A DNA stretch of 64,000 bases from an uncultured Spirochaetota bacterium (GCA_963827275.1 CAWHAA010000004.1:32001-96000), one strand, 5' to 3'; positions 40,659-51,407 are shown, numbered from the stretch's first letter. Numbers and translations: made by a program. Notes: generated by a model from the sequence alone, not told the origin.

Positions 40659-41756
40659 TCAGGAGAAATAGTCCCGCACCTTCTTTTTCAGGGTGTGGTA
40701 AAACCCCTTGAGCTCGGTCAGGTAGATGTCGTCCCTGCTCTGCTTCAGGAGCTCAACCGTTGCCGAAGAAATGACGCTCCAGAGAAGCGCGCGGTCGGGA
40801 CAGTGGCCGATATAATCAAGGGTAATCTGGTAGGCGCCCTTGAATCTGCGCGCACCCCCCTCGGGGGTGATGCTCTTTATGATGCCGTCAAGGTTCATGG
40901 ATTCGCTGGAGGTGCGAAATGATGCGTCCAGGGTGAGATGGCGGCCCTCGCTTTCCTCGATTGCCGCGAATACGATGACCGTCGTGTACATCTCGCGCTT
41001 GAGGAGAAAGTCCGCTATGAGCGCAATGCTGTCCCTGTCGGCGGCGTCGACATACCCGGCCCCGGCTATCAGCCAGTCCTTGTACGCCACCTTGCTCTGG
41101 ATCGCGGTTTTCAGGAGCCGCAGCGTCGCCGGGGAGAGAGGGGTGGCGCTGATCCGGTTGAAGAGCTCATGGTCGGAATACCGTGAAAGAAAATCCATCG
41201 CTTCGTAGTCAATCTGTCCTGCGCGGGAGTACTTGTCGGTATCGGTGTAAATACCGTACATGAGCGCGGTCGCCAGCATCCTCATCACCTGCGGTTCCGG
41301 CGCCGGGGACATCTGTCTCACAAGGAATGCCATGATCGTGCAGGTTGAGCCGGCGTCGGTGTTGCGCAGCGTAAACCCGGCCGGGGTCTCTTCTTCGGGA
41401 GGATCATGGTGGTCGATGTGCGCGGCGCAGGGGAGAGTCACCCTCGCTTCGGGCAGTGCGGCCGACTGGTGATCGGTGACGATATACGCGTCATGGCGCC
41501 GGTAGTCCGGGTAGTCGGGCGAGAGGTGCAGCGGTATCCCGAGCAGGTCCACGAAGGCCCGGTTTTCCGGGAGCGAGATCTTTTTCGCTGCGACAATCGT
41601 GGCGGAAACGCCGAGCGCACGGCAGATGACGCTCATCGCAAATGATGATGCGATGGCGTCCGGATCGGGCGAGCCCTTGACAATGATCAGGATGTTCCGG
41701 TATTTTGTGATCGCCGCCGCGAGCGCCTGCCAGGAAGCTTCCACCCCGTCCCTCAC
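40659..41756 (-). CDS. DHH family phosphoesterase
   Basis: PDPDAIAS, VTDHQ, IDHH, GSTCTI, GIYTDT; GTGA overlap with the upstream gene. Confidence 0.85.
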   Translation of the reverse strand: MRDGVEASWQALAAAITKYRNILIIVKGSPDPDAIASSFAMSVICRALGVSATIVAAKKISLPENRAFVDLLGIPLHLSPDYPDYRRHDAYIVTDHQSAALPEARVTLPCAAHIDHHDPPEEETPAGFTLRNTDAGSTCTIMAFLVRQMSPAPEPQVMRMLATALMYGIYTDTDKYSRAGQIDYEAMDFLSRYSDHELFNRISATPLSPATLRLLKTAIQSKVAYKDWLIAGAGYVDAADRDSIALIADFLLKREMYTTVIVFAAIEESEGRHLTLDASFRTSSESMNLDGIIKSITPEGGARRFKGAYQITLDYIGHCPDRALLWSVISSATVELLKQSRDDIYLTELKGFYHTLKKKVRDYFS

Positions 41757-43885
41757 TTGTATCTGAACAGTATGACGCTGACGTCGTTGATCTGCTTCTT
41801 GTCGCCGGTGAACCTGTTCAGGTCGTCATAGAGTATGCGGGCCAGTTCAGACGGGCCCCTGCTGCGGCCGCTCTTGAGGACATTCCTGACGCGGTCGAGC
41901 CCGTAGGTCTGTCCCTGCGGGTTTATGGAGGAGATCAGGCCGTCGGAGCAGAGGATGCCGATGCTGCCCGGCGCCAGCCGGATTGTCTTCGACTCGTACC
42001 TGGAGCCCCGGTCGACTCCCACGGGAACGCCGGTGGTGTCGCAGGCGGTGAATGAGTTATCCATCGGGTTATACATGATAAGCGGCGTGCAGGCCGCGTT
42101 TGAGTAGGTGACGACACCGGAGGGAGACAGCAGGGCGCAGTACGCGGACGCGTATTTGCTGGAAAACCGCGAGGTGGCGACGGCCCAGTTCATGGCGCCG
42201 AGGATCCTGTCCGGGGCGTCGTGCGTCTTCGATGGCGTGTGGAGGACCGTGTACAGCTCCAGCAATATGATGGCGGAATCGATGCCGGAATATGACGAAT
42301 CCGACAGGAAGAGGGCCAGCGCGCCGTCGCCGACCGGCACCGAGTCAAAATAATCTCCGCCGTACGGCGAATTGTTGATGTAAAACGAGCCGATGCGGAA
42401 ATTTTCCAGCTGGCCCATCCGCTGGGGCATTATCCTTTTTTTTACGCTGCTTACCACCATCTGGTCGTGGTCAAGGACCTGGGCTGCCCGCACCCGCTCA
42501 AGCAGAAGCGCGTTGGCAAGCTGCTGCTGGAATTGTATCCGGTACAGTTCCAGCACCTCGATCATCGCCTTGGAATACGCCCTGTTCTTCCCGAGCTGCC
42601 CGAGGGTGAGGAACCCGATGATCTGCCGCTCCGGGTTCAGGAAGGGGAGGATGACCTCCACGTGGTTGCGCTCAAAGTAATCCTTCACGCCGTCCCGGTA
42701 GGGCCGGAAGTTCTCCTCTGAATAGATCGAGGGCTTGTACAGGATGCCCGGGTTCCGCCCTATGAGGTCGGCGAGGGGACCGGCCAGGGTTATCTGCGTG
42801 TCGGTGATCCTGCTCCCGACGCCGTGGGTCACCGAGAACTTCTTGTCATTGTTCATGGAAAGATACAGGTGTGCGCTGCTGATATCGAATTTTTCCGCAA
42901 TGCCGTTCACCAGGGCGCGGAGGTAATCTTCCTGGGCCGTATCGGTTCCCGTGCCGCCCGAAGCCTGCTGGCTGAATAGCCCGTCAACGCGGGCCACCAG
43001 CGAATGATAACCCCGCATCGAGAGGATTTCAAGCCGGGGACGGAGGTATTTGAAAACCAGGAAGAGATAGACGAACAACGACACGGCCACGGCGAGCGGG
43101 GGTACCGGCTCCTCGAGGTATTCCGTGCTGTTGAACGTGAGCGTCAGGAAAGCGGGGACGAAGAGAAGCGCGAGCAGCATGACCCAGTAGAACGCCGTGG
43201 CGAAGAATTTCCTGATATCGATGGTCTTTACGTCGATGGCGGCATAATTCATGATGACAAGGGTGGAGGGATATGCCACGAGCGTTCCGATGGCGGCGAA
43301 CCTCCCGGAAATCCCTTCGTACGGGTAGTAGATTGAGGCCGCGAGGAACGCCGCGAAAAAAATTCCCATGCCGGCCAGGAGGTAGGTCAGGTCGTACCGA
43401 AGCGCCCTGTTCCCATATTCAAAAATCTTGAACACCGTGACGGCGAGCGCGGCCGCCAGGTAGATGGTAATGACCGCGCAATAGACGGGGTACCCGGCGT
43501 CCAGCGCGAGCGCGCCGTCAGGGTCCGTCACGACGGCGCCGGTAACAATAACGACCGCGCTGATTGCGGCCGCCGGCAGGCAGGCCGCGGCTGTCAGCGC
43601 GATGGTCTTCGGTTTCAGGTACGGGTACACCATGACAAAGCAGAAGAAGAGCGCCGCGATGATCATGAGAAGCGATAGTTCCGCCCTCCGCGCCGCCGCG
43701 GCTGGAATAAGACCGGGGGCCGCCATGGCGATTGCCATTATTATAAACAGGGCCGCTGACGTAATGCCGGCGAGGGCCAGCGTGTAATTCGCGGCTGCGC
43801 GCTGTTTTTTCAACAGGTTGTAGCCGAAAACAGCCAGCGAAATGCCCGCTGCCGCGCAAGACAGGATGAGCTCAAGGTACTGCAC
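41753..43885 (-). CDS. Multi-TM sensor + GAF-like domain + divergent SpoIIE/PP2C phosphatase
   Basis: About 9 TM segments; GAF-like IIGFLTLG; GGDYFD, LSDSSYSG, CSDGL, INDVS. Confidence 0.8.
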   Translation of the reverse strand: MQYLELILSCAAAGISLAVFGYNLLKKQRAAANYTLALAGITSAALFIIMAIAMAAPGLIPAAAARRAELSLLMIIAALFFCFVMVYPYLKPKTIALTAAACLPAAAISAVVIVTGAVVTDPDGALALDAGYPVYCAVITIYLAAALAVTVFKIFEYGNRALRYDLTYLLAGMGIFFAAFLAASIYYPYEGISGRFAAIGTLVAYPSTLVIMNYAAIDVKTIDIRKFFATAFYWVMLLALLFVPAFLTLTFNSTEYLEEPVPPLAVAVSLFVYLFLVFKYLRPRLEILSMRGYHSLVARVDGLFSQQASGGTGTDTAQEDYLRALVNGIAEKFDISSAHLYLSMNNDKKFSVTHGVGSRITDTQITLAGPLADLIGRNPGILYKPSIYSEENFRPYRDGVKDYFERNHVEVILPFLNPERQIIGFLTLGQLGKNRAYSKAMIEVLELYRIQFQQQLANALLLERVRAAQVLDHDQMVVSSVKKRIMPQRMGQLENFRIGSFYINNSPYGGDYFDSVPVGDGALALFLSDSSYSGIDSAIILLELYTVLHTPSKTHDAPDRILGAMNWAVATSRFSSKYASAYCALLSPSGVVTYSNAACTPLIMYNPMDNSFTACDTTGVPVGVDRGSRYESKTIRLAPGSIGILCSDGLISSINPQGQTYGLDRVRNVLKSGRSRGPSELARILYDDLNRFTGDKKQINDVSVILFRYK

Positions 43886-44188
43886 GTGTTCTCCGCCTGA
43901 TGAATAATTGTAAACTCCGGCCCGCGGGTGTCTCAGGTGGCTCCCCGCTCTACCGGATTGAGCGAAATATGGCCGGTATTGACTATTATTTCAAGTACTT
44001 ATCTGGCAAAGCGGTATTTTTTCACCAATGCGCCGCCGGTGCTCCTTCCGAGGGGCGATGATACGTGTTTCACAGGAAACGAAAAAAATTTTGTCACGCT
44101 ATCCTCCATATGTGCTACTACAGGGCATCAGCATGAAATGGCGGGAAATATTTCTATGGGCGGTACAGATAAACGGAAAGGCAGGATC

Positions 44189-46087
44189 ATGGCGATTGCC
44201 GTGAAGGTGTTCCTCCCCCTGGCGGCGGTGACGCTCCTGAGTGCCGCGTGCGCGGACGGTCGTATGGCCGGCGGCGCGCCCGCTGCAAAGGGGGGGATAA
44301 TCGATCTGCGCCGCTGGGACTTTTCCCGGGACGGGGCCGCTGCGCTCTCCGGCGAATGGGGGTTTTACTGGGGTAGGCTCCTCCGGGACAGCGGGCCACA
44401 GGACCGCATTGTCCCGGCCGGGCGTATCACGCTGCCGGGGATATGGAACGGGCGACGCGAAAACGGCCGCGTGCTGACCGGCGATGGGTTCGCGACCTAC
44501 GTCCTGAACGTGCTGCTTCCCGCCGGTTGCGGGGAACGGGACAAAAAGCGGCTGGCGCTGAAGCTGCCTGACCTGGGCACGGCATACGCCCTCTTCATAA
44601 ACGGGACGGCAGCGGGCCGCGGCGGTACGGTCGGTGAGTCTGCCGCGACCGCCGCCCCCGGGTTCCGGCCCGACATCATCGAGTGCGTCCCCGAAAATGA
44701 CGAGATCCGCATTGCGCTGCAGGTCTCCAACTTTTATCACCGCAAGGGCGGCGCATGGGAAAAAATATACCTTGGACCTGCCGCACTCCTCCGTGACGCG
44801 AGGGAAAAGCGGCTGGCCGCGGATTTTTTCCTGTTCGGGTCAATTTTCATCATGGGCATGTACCACCTGGTCCTCTTCAGCATGAGAACATGCGACCGGT
44901 CGTTTCTATTTTTCGGACTCTTCTGCCTCCTGATTGCGGCGCGGATAATGGTCACCGGAGAATATTTTGTCCTCCGCATTGTTCCCTGGCTCCCCTGGGG
45001 CGCGATCATCGGCGCCGAGTATATCACTTTCTACGCCGGTGTGCCGGTTTTTTTCCTGTTTCTCGGCTCCCTCTTCCCCGGGGAATTTTCCGGGAGGGTG
45101 CTCGTCTTCACCCTCGCGGCCGGCGGCGCGCTGTGCGCGCTCGTCATTGCCGCACCGCCGCGATGCTACACGCGTTCCCTGCAGCCGTTCCAGGTCCTCT
45201 CTGTCTGCGTCTGCCTGTACGGGCTGCTGGTCCTGGCGCGCGCCGGGTACCGGAAGAGGGAGGGGGCGGCGCCGTTCATAGCGGGGTTTATCATCCTCTT
45301 CGCCACGGTCATCAATGACTTTCTTCAGAGCAACATGGTGATGCAGACCGGCTACCTGGTCCCCGCCGGCCTCTTTGGCTTTATCTTTTCCCAGTCGTTT
45401 TTTCTTTCCCTGCGCTATACGGGCACCATGGCGGCGGTGGAGCGGCTTGCCCGTGAGAATGCCGAGGCCAGGTACACCCTCCTCCAGAAGAGGATGAGCC
45501 CCCATTTTGTTTTCAACGCGCTCAATACTGTCCATTCGCTGATCAAAAGGAGCCCAGACCGGGCGGACCGGGCGGTCATCATGCTCGCGGATAATTACCG
45601 GTTCCTGCTCGATCATTCGTTCCATCCCCTGGTGCCGTTCGATACGGAATGGCGCTTTGTGGAGAATTACCTCAAGTTCGAGGAGCTCAGGTTCAGCGAT
45701 ACGGTGTCGGCGATCATGGAGCGGAGGGGCGACTTTTCAGCAATCGTGATTCCGCCCTTATCGATACAGCCGCTTGTGGAAAATGCGCTGAAGCACGGGA
45801 TGATGCGCGGCACCGGCCACGGCGTGGTCAGCCTTGCGGCGGTGTCCCGGGACGGCGTTCTCAGCGTCGTGGTGCGGGACAACGGCCCCGGGCTCGACCC
45901 GCGGTGCCATCTCTTCTCCCGGTCGCTCGGGAACATACGGAAGAGGCTCGCGCACTACTTCGCGGACGTTGCGCTTGACGTGGAGAACGCGCGGGAGGGC
46001 GGCCTGCTGGTGCGCCTCTCGTTCCGGTACACGGCCGGCGGGACAGTGACGGCTGACGCCGAAACGGGGTGTGCACATGGCTCCTGA
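44189..46087 (+). CDS. 7TM-DISM sensor LytS-family histidine kinase (start uncertain, 44138-44189)
   Basis: LSGEWGFYW extracellular domain; 7 TM; MSPHFVFNALN, IQPLVENALKHG, DNGPG. Confidence 0.88.
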   Translation: MAIAVKVFLPLAAVTLLSAACADGRMAGGAPAAKGGIIDLRRWDFSRDGAAALSGEWGFYWGRLLRDSGPQDRIVPAGRITLPGIWNGRRENGRVLTGDGFATYVLNVLLPAGCGERDKKRLALKLPDLGTAYALFINGTAAGRGGTVGESAATAAPGFRPDIIECVPENDEIRIALQVSNFYHRKGGAWEKIYLGPAALLRDAREKRLAADFFLFGSIFIMGMYHLVLFSMRTCDRSFLFFGLFCLLIAARIMVTGEYFVLRIVPWLPWGAIIGAEYITFYAGVPVFFLFLGSLFPGEFSGRVLVFTLAAGGALCALVIAAPPRCYTRSLQPFQVLSVCVCLYGLLVLARAGYRKREGAAPFIAGFIILFATVINDFLQSNMVMQTGYLVPAGLFGFIFSQSFFLSLRYTGTMAAVERLARENAEARYTLLQKRMSPHFVFNALNTVHSLIKRSPDRADRAVIMLADNYRFLLDHSFHPLVPFDTEWRFVENYLKFEELRFSDTVSAIMERRGDFSAIVIPPLSIQPLVENALKHGMMRGTGHGVVSLAAVSRDGVLSVVVRDNGPGLDPRCHLFSRSLGNIRKRLAHYFADVALDVENAREGGLLVRLSFRYTAGGTVTADAETGCAHGS

Positions 46088-46808
46088 CGAACTATATTCC
46101 GTGCTCATCATCGAGGATGAACTGCCGGCCCGCGAGCTCCTGGTGGATTACCTGACGGCCCGCCCCGAGCTCAAGCTCGCGGGGGTCGCGAAAAGCGGCG
46201 AGGAGGCGCTTCGAAAATTATCGAACGGCGACTATGACCTTGCGTTCCTGGACATCCGCCTTCCGCTCATGTCTGGCATCCAGGTGATTGAAGGGCTGGC
46301 GAAGGCCCCCTACCTGGTGGTCACCACCGCGTACGAAGAGTATGCGCTCCGCGCCTTCGAGGTGGGTGCGGCGGACTATTTATTGAAGCCGTTCACCGCC
46401 GATCGTTTCAACCGTTCGGTTGACAGGTTCCTGAGAGAACGCGCGGCCGGGCGGCAGGGCCCCGCGGCGACCGCCGGCGGGTTCCCGGTCAGGGAGCGGG
46501 GACGTCACTGCATTCTGCCATATCGTGACATCATGTATGTCTCGTCGAACGGGAAAAATTCCGTCATACACACGGCGGACGGAACAATAGAAACGCCGGT
46601 CATCCTGAAAAAAATCGAAGACATCGTGCCGGCGGACTCGTTCATGAGGATACACAGGCAGCATATCGTGAACATGCACTGTATCGCCGCGCTGCAGTAC
46701 TATATAGGGGGGCAGTATATCGCCTACCTGAATGACGGCGACGAGAGCCCGCTCCCGGTCGGGAAAAAATACGCCGCGCTCCTGAAATCAAGGCTCAATC
46801 TCGAGTAG
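46077..46808 (+). CDS. LytTR family response regulator
   Basis: IIEDE, FLDI, TTAY..DYLLKP; FMRIHRQHIVN. Confidence 0.92.
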   Translation: MAPDELYSVLIIEDELPARELLVDYLTARPELKLAGVAKSGEEALRKLSNGDYDLAFLDIRLPLMSGIQVIEGLAKAPYLVVTTAYEEYALRAFEVGAADYLLKPFTADRFNRSVDRFLRERAAGRQGPAATAGGFPVRERGRHCILPYRDIMYVSSNGKNSVIHTADGTIETPVILKKIEDIVPADSFMRIHRQHIVNMHCIAALQYYIGGQYIAYLNDGDESPLPVGKKYAALLKSRLNLE

Positions 46809-46940
46809 ATATCCCCGCCGGTATCCGGCGTCAGGAATTATCCTTGCAAAAGAAACAAGGCTGACAGCATGGTAGTATATCTGGCCGGCACGCAGTAAAA
46901 GAAAGCATTATACAACCGCCGGCAGAGGGGAGCGCCTCCC

Positions 46941-48368
46941 ATGAGGATAGTCCTTGTACATCCCGCCGGGTCGAACTGGATCAGGGGGAAAGAAGACCTT
47001 GCGGCGGTCGCAAACCGGATGGCCCCGATCGGACTCCTGTCAATCGCGGCGTTCCTGGAGCGGCACGGTCATGAGGTTTTTGTGCACGACTGCCTCGGGC
47101 CCGGTGCCGCCCGCGGCGCGGAGGAGAATGTCGCGCGGGTACTCGCCCTCGGGCCGGACCTCGTGGGTTTTTCCGCAACCACCTCGGGGTTTCTGGACGG
47201 CTGCCGCATGGCCTCCCTGGTAAAAGAATCCCGGCCGGAGGTCCTCACCGTGTTCGGCGGCGTGCACATATCCGCCCTGGGCGCCCCGCTCCTTGAACGG
47301 CATGCTGAAATTGATTACCTCTGCCTCGGTGAGGGGGAGGTCACCCTGTCGGAGCTGACCGACGGCCGCACGCCCAAATCGATCGATGGGCTGGCGTGGC
47401 GCGAGGGGGACAGGGCCGTTGCAAATCCGCCGCGGGAGCATGTCAGGGATCTTGACTCGCTCCCCTTCCCGGCGTATGAGAAGCTCGCCGGCTTCCCCGG
47501 CGGCTACAACCTCCCCCTGTTCAGCTATGCCAGAACGCCGGGGGCCACCATGATCACGAGCCGCGGGTGTCCCTACCAGTGCTCCTACTGCGACCGGTCG
47601 GTTTTCAAAAAGGGGTTCCGTTACAATTCGGCGGGCTACATCTACGACCACATGCAGCACCTCCGCACAAGGTTCGGCGTGCGCCATATCAATATCTACG
47701 ACGACCTCTTTACCCTGAACCGCGCCCGCATCGAGGAGCTGTGCGGCCACCTGATCTCACGGCCCCTGGGGATACAGTTCAACTGCGCCGTCCGTGTCGG
47801 ATACGCTGACGATGATTTGCTCGGCATGCTGAAAAAGGCCGGGTGCCTGATGGTGTCGGTGGGGATCGAGTCCGCCGATCCGGAGATGCTCAGGCGGCAC
47901 AAGGCCGGCGTTTCCCTTGACGCGGTGCGCGACACGGTGGCGCGGATAAAGAAGAGCGGCCTGCGCGCCAAGGGGCTTTTCATGATGGGGCTCCCGGGCG
48001 AGACCGAGGGATCGATACGCGCGACAAGCGATTTCGTCATGTCGCTCGGGCTTGACGATATGAACATGGCGAAGTTCACGCCCTTCCCCGGCGCGCCGAT
48101 CTGGGACGGCATAAAGAGTGAGGGGGTGCTCGAAAACGACTGGCAGCAGATGAACTGCCTGAACTTCGTGTTTGTGCCGCATGGCATCGCGTCCCGTGAG
48201 CGCCTCGACTACCTCTATAATGAGCATGTGAAGCGCTTCTATTCCAGCCCCGAGTGGCGTCACCGGTTCGTGAAGCGTCTCTGGCAGCACCGGTGGAGCC
48301 TCTGGTATCTCATGAAGCACCTGCCGACCTTCGCGCGGGCCAGGAAGAATTTCGAGCCGAAGGAGTGA
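46941..48368 (+). CDS. Cobalamin-dependent (B12-binding) radical SAM enzyme
   Basis: PIGLLSIAA, VFGGVH, GEGE; TSRGCPYQCSYC; GIES; FMMGLPGET; PFPG. Confidence 0.92.
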   Translation: MRIVLVHPAGSNWIRGKEDLAAVANRMAPIGLLSIAAFLERHGHEVFVHDCLGPGAARGAEENVARVLALGPDLVGFSATTSGFLDGCRMASLVKESRPEVLTVFGGVHISALGAPLLERHAEIDYLCLGEGEVTLSELTDGRTPKSIDGLAWREGDRAVANPPREHVRDLDSLPFPAYEKLAGFPGGYNLPLFSYARTPGATMITSRGCPYQCSYCDRSVFKKGFRYNSAGYIYDHMQHLRTRFGVRHINIYDDLFTLNRARIEELCGHLISRPLGIQFNCAVRVGYADDDLLGMLKKAGCLMVSVGIESADPEMLRRHKAGVSLDAVRDTVARIKKSGLRAKGLFMMGLPGETEGSIRATSDFVMSLGLDDMNMAKFTPFPGAPIWDGIKSEGVLENDWQQMNCLNFVFVPHGIASRERLDYLYNEHVKRFYSSPEWRHRFVKRLWQHRWSLWYLMKHLPTFARARKNFEPKE

Positions 48369-48518
48369 TGCGGGACCGGTTCATTGATGATACTGTCTAT
48401 GGTGCCGGGCGCTCCTTTCGACGCGGGTCCCTCACAGAACCATCCTTTCATAAAATCATTGCCGTATTCATAAAAATTTTACTTGCCATTATAAAACTCC
48501 TGTACCCGAATACTTGTA

Positions 48519-49880
48519 ATGGATGACATTAAACTATTGATCGGCCGGCTTCTGTCCGGCCCCGGGGCGCCGAAGAAAGAATACATCTCCGGTGGCCATA
48601 GCTATGCAGACGTTTACGCCATGGCGGCGGGCCTGCTCGGGCAATTTGCTGCGCCGGAAACCGGCGGCGCGCCGGTCTGTCTCGGCACAGAGGACCACGG
48701 GATCATCGCCGCCGCGCTTCTTGCATCGCTCGCGGGCGGGCCGGTGTTCGTGCTCCCGTATTCGCTTTCGCCGCAGGCGCTTGAAGAGGCCCGCTCCGCG
48801 CTCGGCTTCAGCCATGCCGTCATTGATCGGCCGCTCGACATGCCGTCAGGCGTGACCGCGGTGACGCCGGCGCGCGGCGACTGGTCAGCCCGGCGACCCG
48901 GCGCGGCCCGGGACATGGACGCGGTATTCATGAAGCTTTTTACCGGCGGCTCTACCGGCGCACCGAAGGTATGGTCGAAGACGCCGGTCAACCTGTTCGC
49001 CGAAGCCTCGTACCAGGCGGATAAATACCGCTTCAGCGCGGAAGACCTGGTGGCGGCGACCGTGCCGCCCTATCATATCTACGGGCTCCTCTATACGGTC
49101 ATGGGGCCCTTCCTCGGGGCCTCGACCGTTTTGCCCGGTACCTATGTCTTTCCCCGGGAAATCGCCGCGATCCTGAGAGACAGGCCGGTCACCATCCTGG
49201 TGAGCGTGCCGGTGCATTACCGGGTGCTGAAAGGCACGGAGCTCATCGCGCCGAAGCTCAGGCTCGCCTTTTCCTCGGCGGGCCCGCTGGATCAAGACGA
49301 TGCCGCCGCCTTTTACAGACAGACCGGCGTGGGCCCTGAGGAGATCTATGGGTCCACCGAGACGGGGGGCATTGCCTGCAAGTCGTCGGCCACGGGCAGG
49401 GACCTGCTCGAGCCGTTCGAGTGCCTCGAGTGGAAAATAGGCCACGACCGCCTCTGTGTCAGGTCGCCCTTCGTGTCGCCCGACCTCCCGGTGGACGCGC
49501 ACGGCTTTTACGTCACCGGCGACCGCGCCGCGGCCGCGGGGGGCGGGCGCATCACCCTGCTCGGCAGGGCGGACGGCGTGGTCAAGGTGGGAGGAAAACG
49601 GGTTGATTTAAACGAGGTGCAGGAAAAGATAAAAAAGATCCCGGAGGTCCGCGACGCGTTCCTGGTTTCCATGAGCGGACACAGGGGACGGGGGACGGAG
49701 ATCGCCGCGGTCATCGAGACCGACCTCTGGGAAGACGAGGTGCGGCTGGTCCTGTCGAAAGTACTTGAACAGTACGCATTTCCCCGGAGGATCAGGACCG
49801 TGGTAAAAATGCCCTCCACGTCGACCGGGAAGTATGACCGCGAGGCAATCATGAAGCTGTTTGACACAGAACGGGACTAG
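48519..49880 (+). CDS. Short AMP-binding acyl-CoA/acyl-ACP ligase
   Basis: FTGGSTGAPK, YHIYG, EIYGSTETGG, TGDR, GRADGVVKVGGKRV, TGKYDR. Confidence 0.88.
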   Translation: MDDIKLLIGRLLSGPGAPKKEYISGGHSYADVYAMAAGLLGQFAAPETGGAPVCLGTEDHGIIAAALLASLAGGPVFVLPYSLSPQALEEARSALGFSHAVIDRPLDMPSGVTAVTPARGDWSARRPGAARDMDAVFMKLFTGGSTGAPKVWSKTPVNLFAEASYQADKYRFSAEDLVAATVPPYHIYGLLYTVMGPFLGASTVLPGTYVFPREIAAILRDRPVTILVSVPVHYRVLKGTELIAPKLRLAFSSAGPLDQDDAAAFYRQTGVGPEEIYGSTETGGIACKSSATGRDLLEPFECLEWKIGHDRLCVRSPFVSPDLPVDAHGFYVTGDRAAAAGGGRITLLGRADGVVKVGGKRVDLNEVQEKIKKIPEVRDAFLVSMSGHRGRGTEIAAVIETDLWEDEVRLVLSKVLEQYAFPRRIRTVVKMPSTSTGKYDREAIMKLFDTERD

Positions 49881-49891
49881 GGGGAGACGCC

Positions 49892-50806
49892 ATGGAAGGG
49901 AAAACCGTATACATGTTCCCGGGCCAGGGATCGCAGTCGGTGGGGATGCGGGCGAAACTCGGGGCCATGACCTCGGAGCAGAAGGAGATTTTCAGCGCCG
50001 CCGATTACCTCCTCGGCTTTTCCCTGAGCGCGCTGATCGACAATGGCCCCGACCAGGAGCTGACCCGCACCTCCAATACGCAGCCGGCCCTGCTCGTCAT
50101 GGGGCTCGCCTTCGGCATGGCGCTTGATGCGCGCGGGCACCGGGCGGACATGGTCATGGGACATTCACTCGGGGAATACGCCGCCCTGGCGCACGCCGGG
50201 GTGATAGAATTCAAGGACGCGGTGCGGATCGTGCGGAAGCGCGGCGAGCTCATGGAAAAGGCGGTAAAGAACGCGCCGGGCACCATGGCGGCGGTCATCG
50301 GTGCGGACCGGGCATGGCTTGAGTCAATCATAGCGGAGTGCGCGCGGGACGGTGTCATCGAGATCGCAAATTATAATTCCCCGCAGCAGGTGGTTATCTC
50401 CGGCGAGACCGCCGCGGTAAACCGGGCGATGGGCGCTATAAATGAAAGCGGGAGCGCGAAGGCGGTGGCCCTCAACGTGTCAGCGCCGTTTCACTCGTCG
50501 CTTATGAAGCCGGCGGCGGAGGAGTTCGGCCGTTTCCTCGCGGAGTACGAGTTCCGCGCGCTGCGCGCCGAATTCATCGACAACGTCACCGGCATGAGGG
50601 AAGACGACCCGGCAATGATACGGCAGAAGCTGGTGCGCCAGCTCTCGAGCCCGGTACAGTGGGAAAAATCGGTGCGGGCCGCGCGCGAGGCCGGGGCCGC
50701 GACCTTCATTGAATCCGGCCCGGGGACCGTGCTGGCAGGGCTCGTGAAGCGCATCGTCACCGGGTGTAACATTGCTTCAGGCGAAAAGATTTTAAAGGAG
50801 GGGTGA
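49892..50806 (+). CDS. fabD: Malonyl-CoA:ACP transacylase
   Basis: FPGQGSQ, TQPAL, GHSLGEY, SAPFHS, ESGPG. Confidence 0.93.
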   Translation: MEGKTVYMFPGQGSQSVGMRAKLGAMTSEQKEIFSAADYLLGFSLSALIDNGPDQELTRTSNTQPALLVMGLAFGMALDARGHRADMVMGHSLGEYAALAHAGVIEFKDAVRIVRKRGELMEKAVKNAPGTMAAVIGADRAWLESIIAECARDGVIEIANYNSPQQVVISGETAAVNRAMGAINESGSAKAVALNVSAPFHSSLMKPAAEEFGRFLAEYEFRALRAEFIDNVTGMREDDPAMIRQKLVRQLSSPVQWEKSVRAAREAGAATFIESGPGTVLAGLVKRIVTGCNIASGEKILKEG

Positions 50807-50807
50807 T

Positions 50808-51407
50808 TCAGTCGCCCTCTTTCTCTATCGGTGATACCCCTTTTTTCCTTTCGAGCAGGCTTCTGATATTTTTCCGGTGGTTGTAGATGATGAGGAGCAT
50901 GGTAAGCGCCGAGCCGGCAATGGCGCCGGGCCGGTACCCGCACGCGGCGATTGTGCTGATTGCCAGGACCGCGACCATCACGAACGAGGCGATGAAGGGC
51001 TCCCGCCGGTACAGGTACGCCAGCACCCACGCGAACGCCGAAACCGCCGCCCCCGCGGGGGTGATGACCGCGGTAAACCCGAGATAATTGGCCACACCCT
51101 TGCCGCCCCTGAACCCGTGGAAGCAGGGATAGCTGTTTCCGATGATGAGGGCAAGCCCCGCCCAGGTCACCTGGCCCGGGGAGAGGGCGTAGTCCGCCAG
51201 CAGCGCGACAAGGACTGCCCTGCCCACGTCGAGCAGGAGCACGGCCGCGGCCCAGGGCGGCCCGGCCTGCCGGTATACGTTGGTCACGCCCGCGTTGCCG
51301 CTGTAGCTCTTGCGCGGGTCCCCCTTGCCGAGGAAGCCGAACAGGAGAATGGCGAAGTTCACCGACCCGGCAAGGTAGGCGATTATCATGATAAGGATTA
51401 ATTTCAT
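50808..51407 (-). CDS. plsY: Glycerol-3-phosphate acyltransferase, PlsY family
   Basis: YLAGSVN, SGNAGVTNVYR, FRGGKGVA, HRKNI. Confidence 0.85.
   Translation of the reverse strand: MKLILIMIIAYLAGSVNFAILLFGFLGKGDPRKSYSGNAGVTNVYRQAGPPWAAAVLLLDVGRAVLVALLADYALSPGQVTWAGLALIIGNSYPCFHGFRGGKGVANYLGFTAVITPAGAAVSAFAWVLAYLYRREPFIASFVMVAVLAISTIAACGYRPGAIAGSALTMLLIIYNHRKNIRSLLERKKGVSPIEKEGD

Noticed and set aside
43928..44137. N-terminal extension of the LytS kinase (similar extensions on ORFs starting at 161, 31869, 33019, 55461, 61553)
   Set aside because: These run through intergenic-like sequence; signal peptides, RBS or family starts lie downstream.
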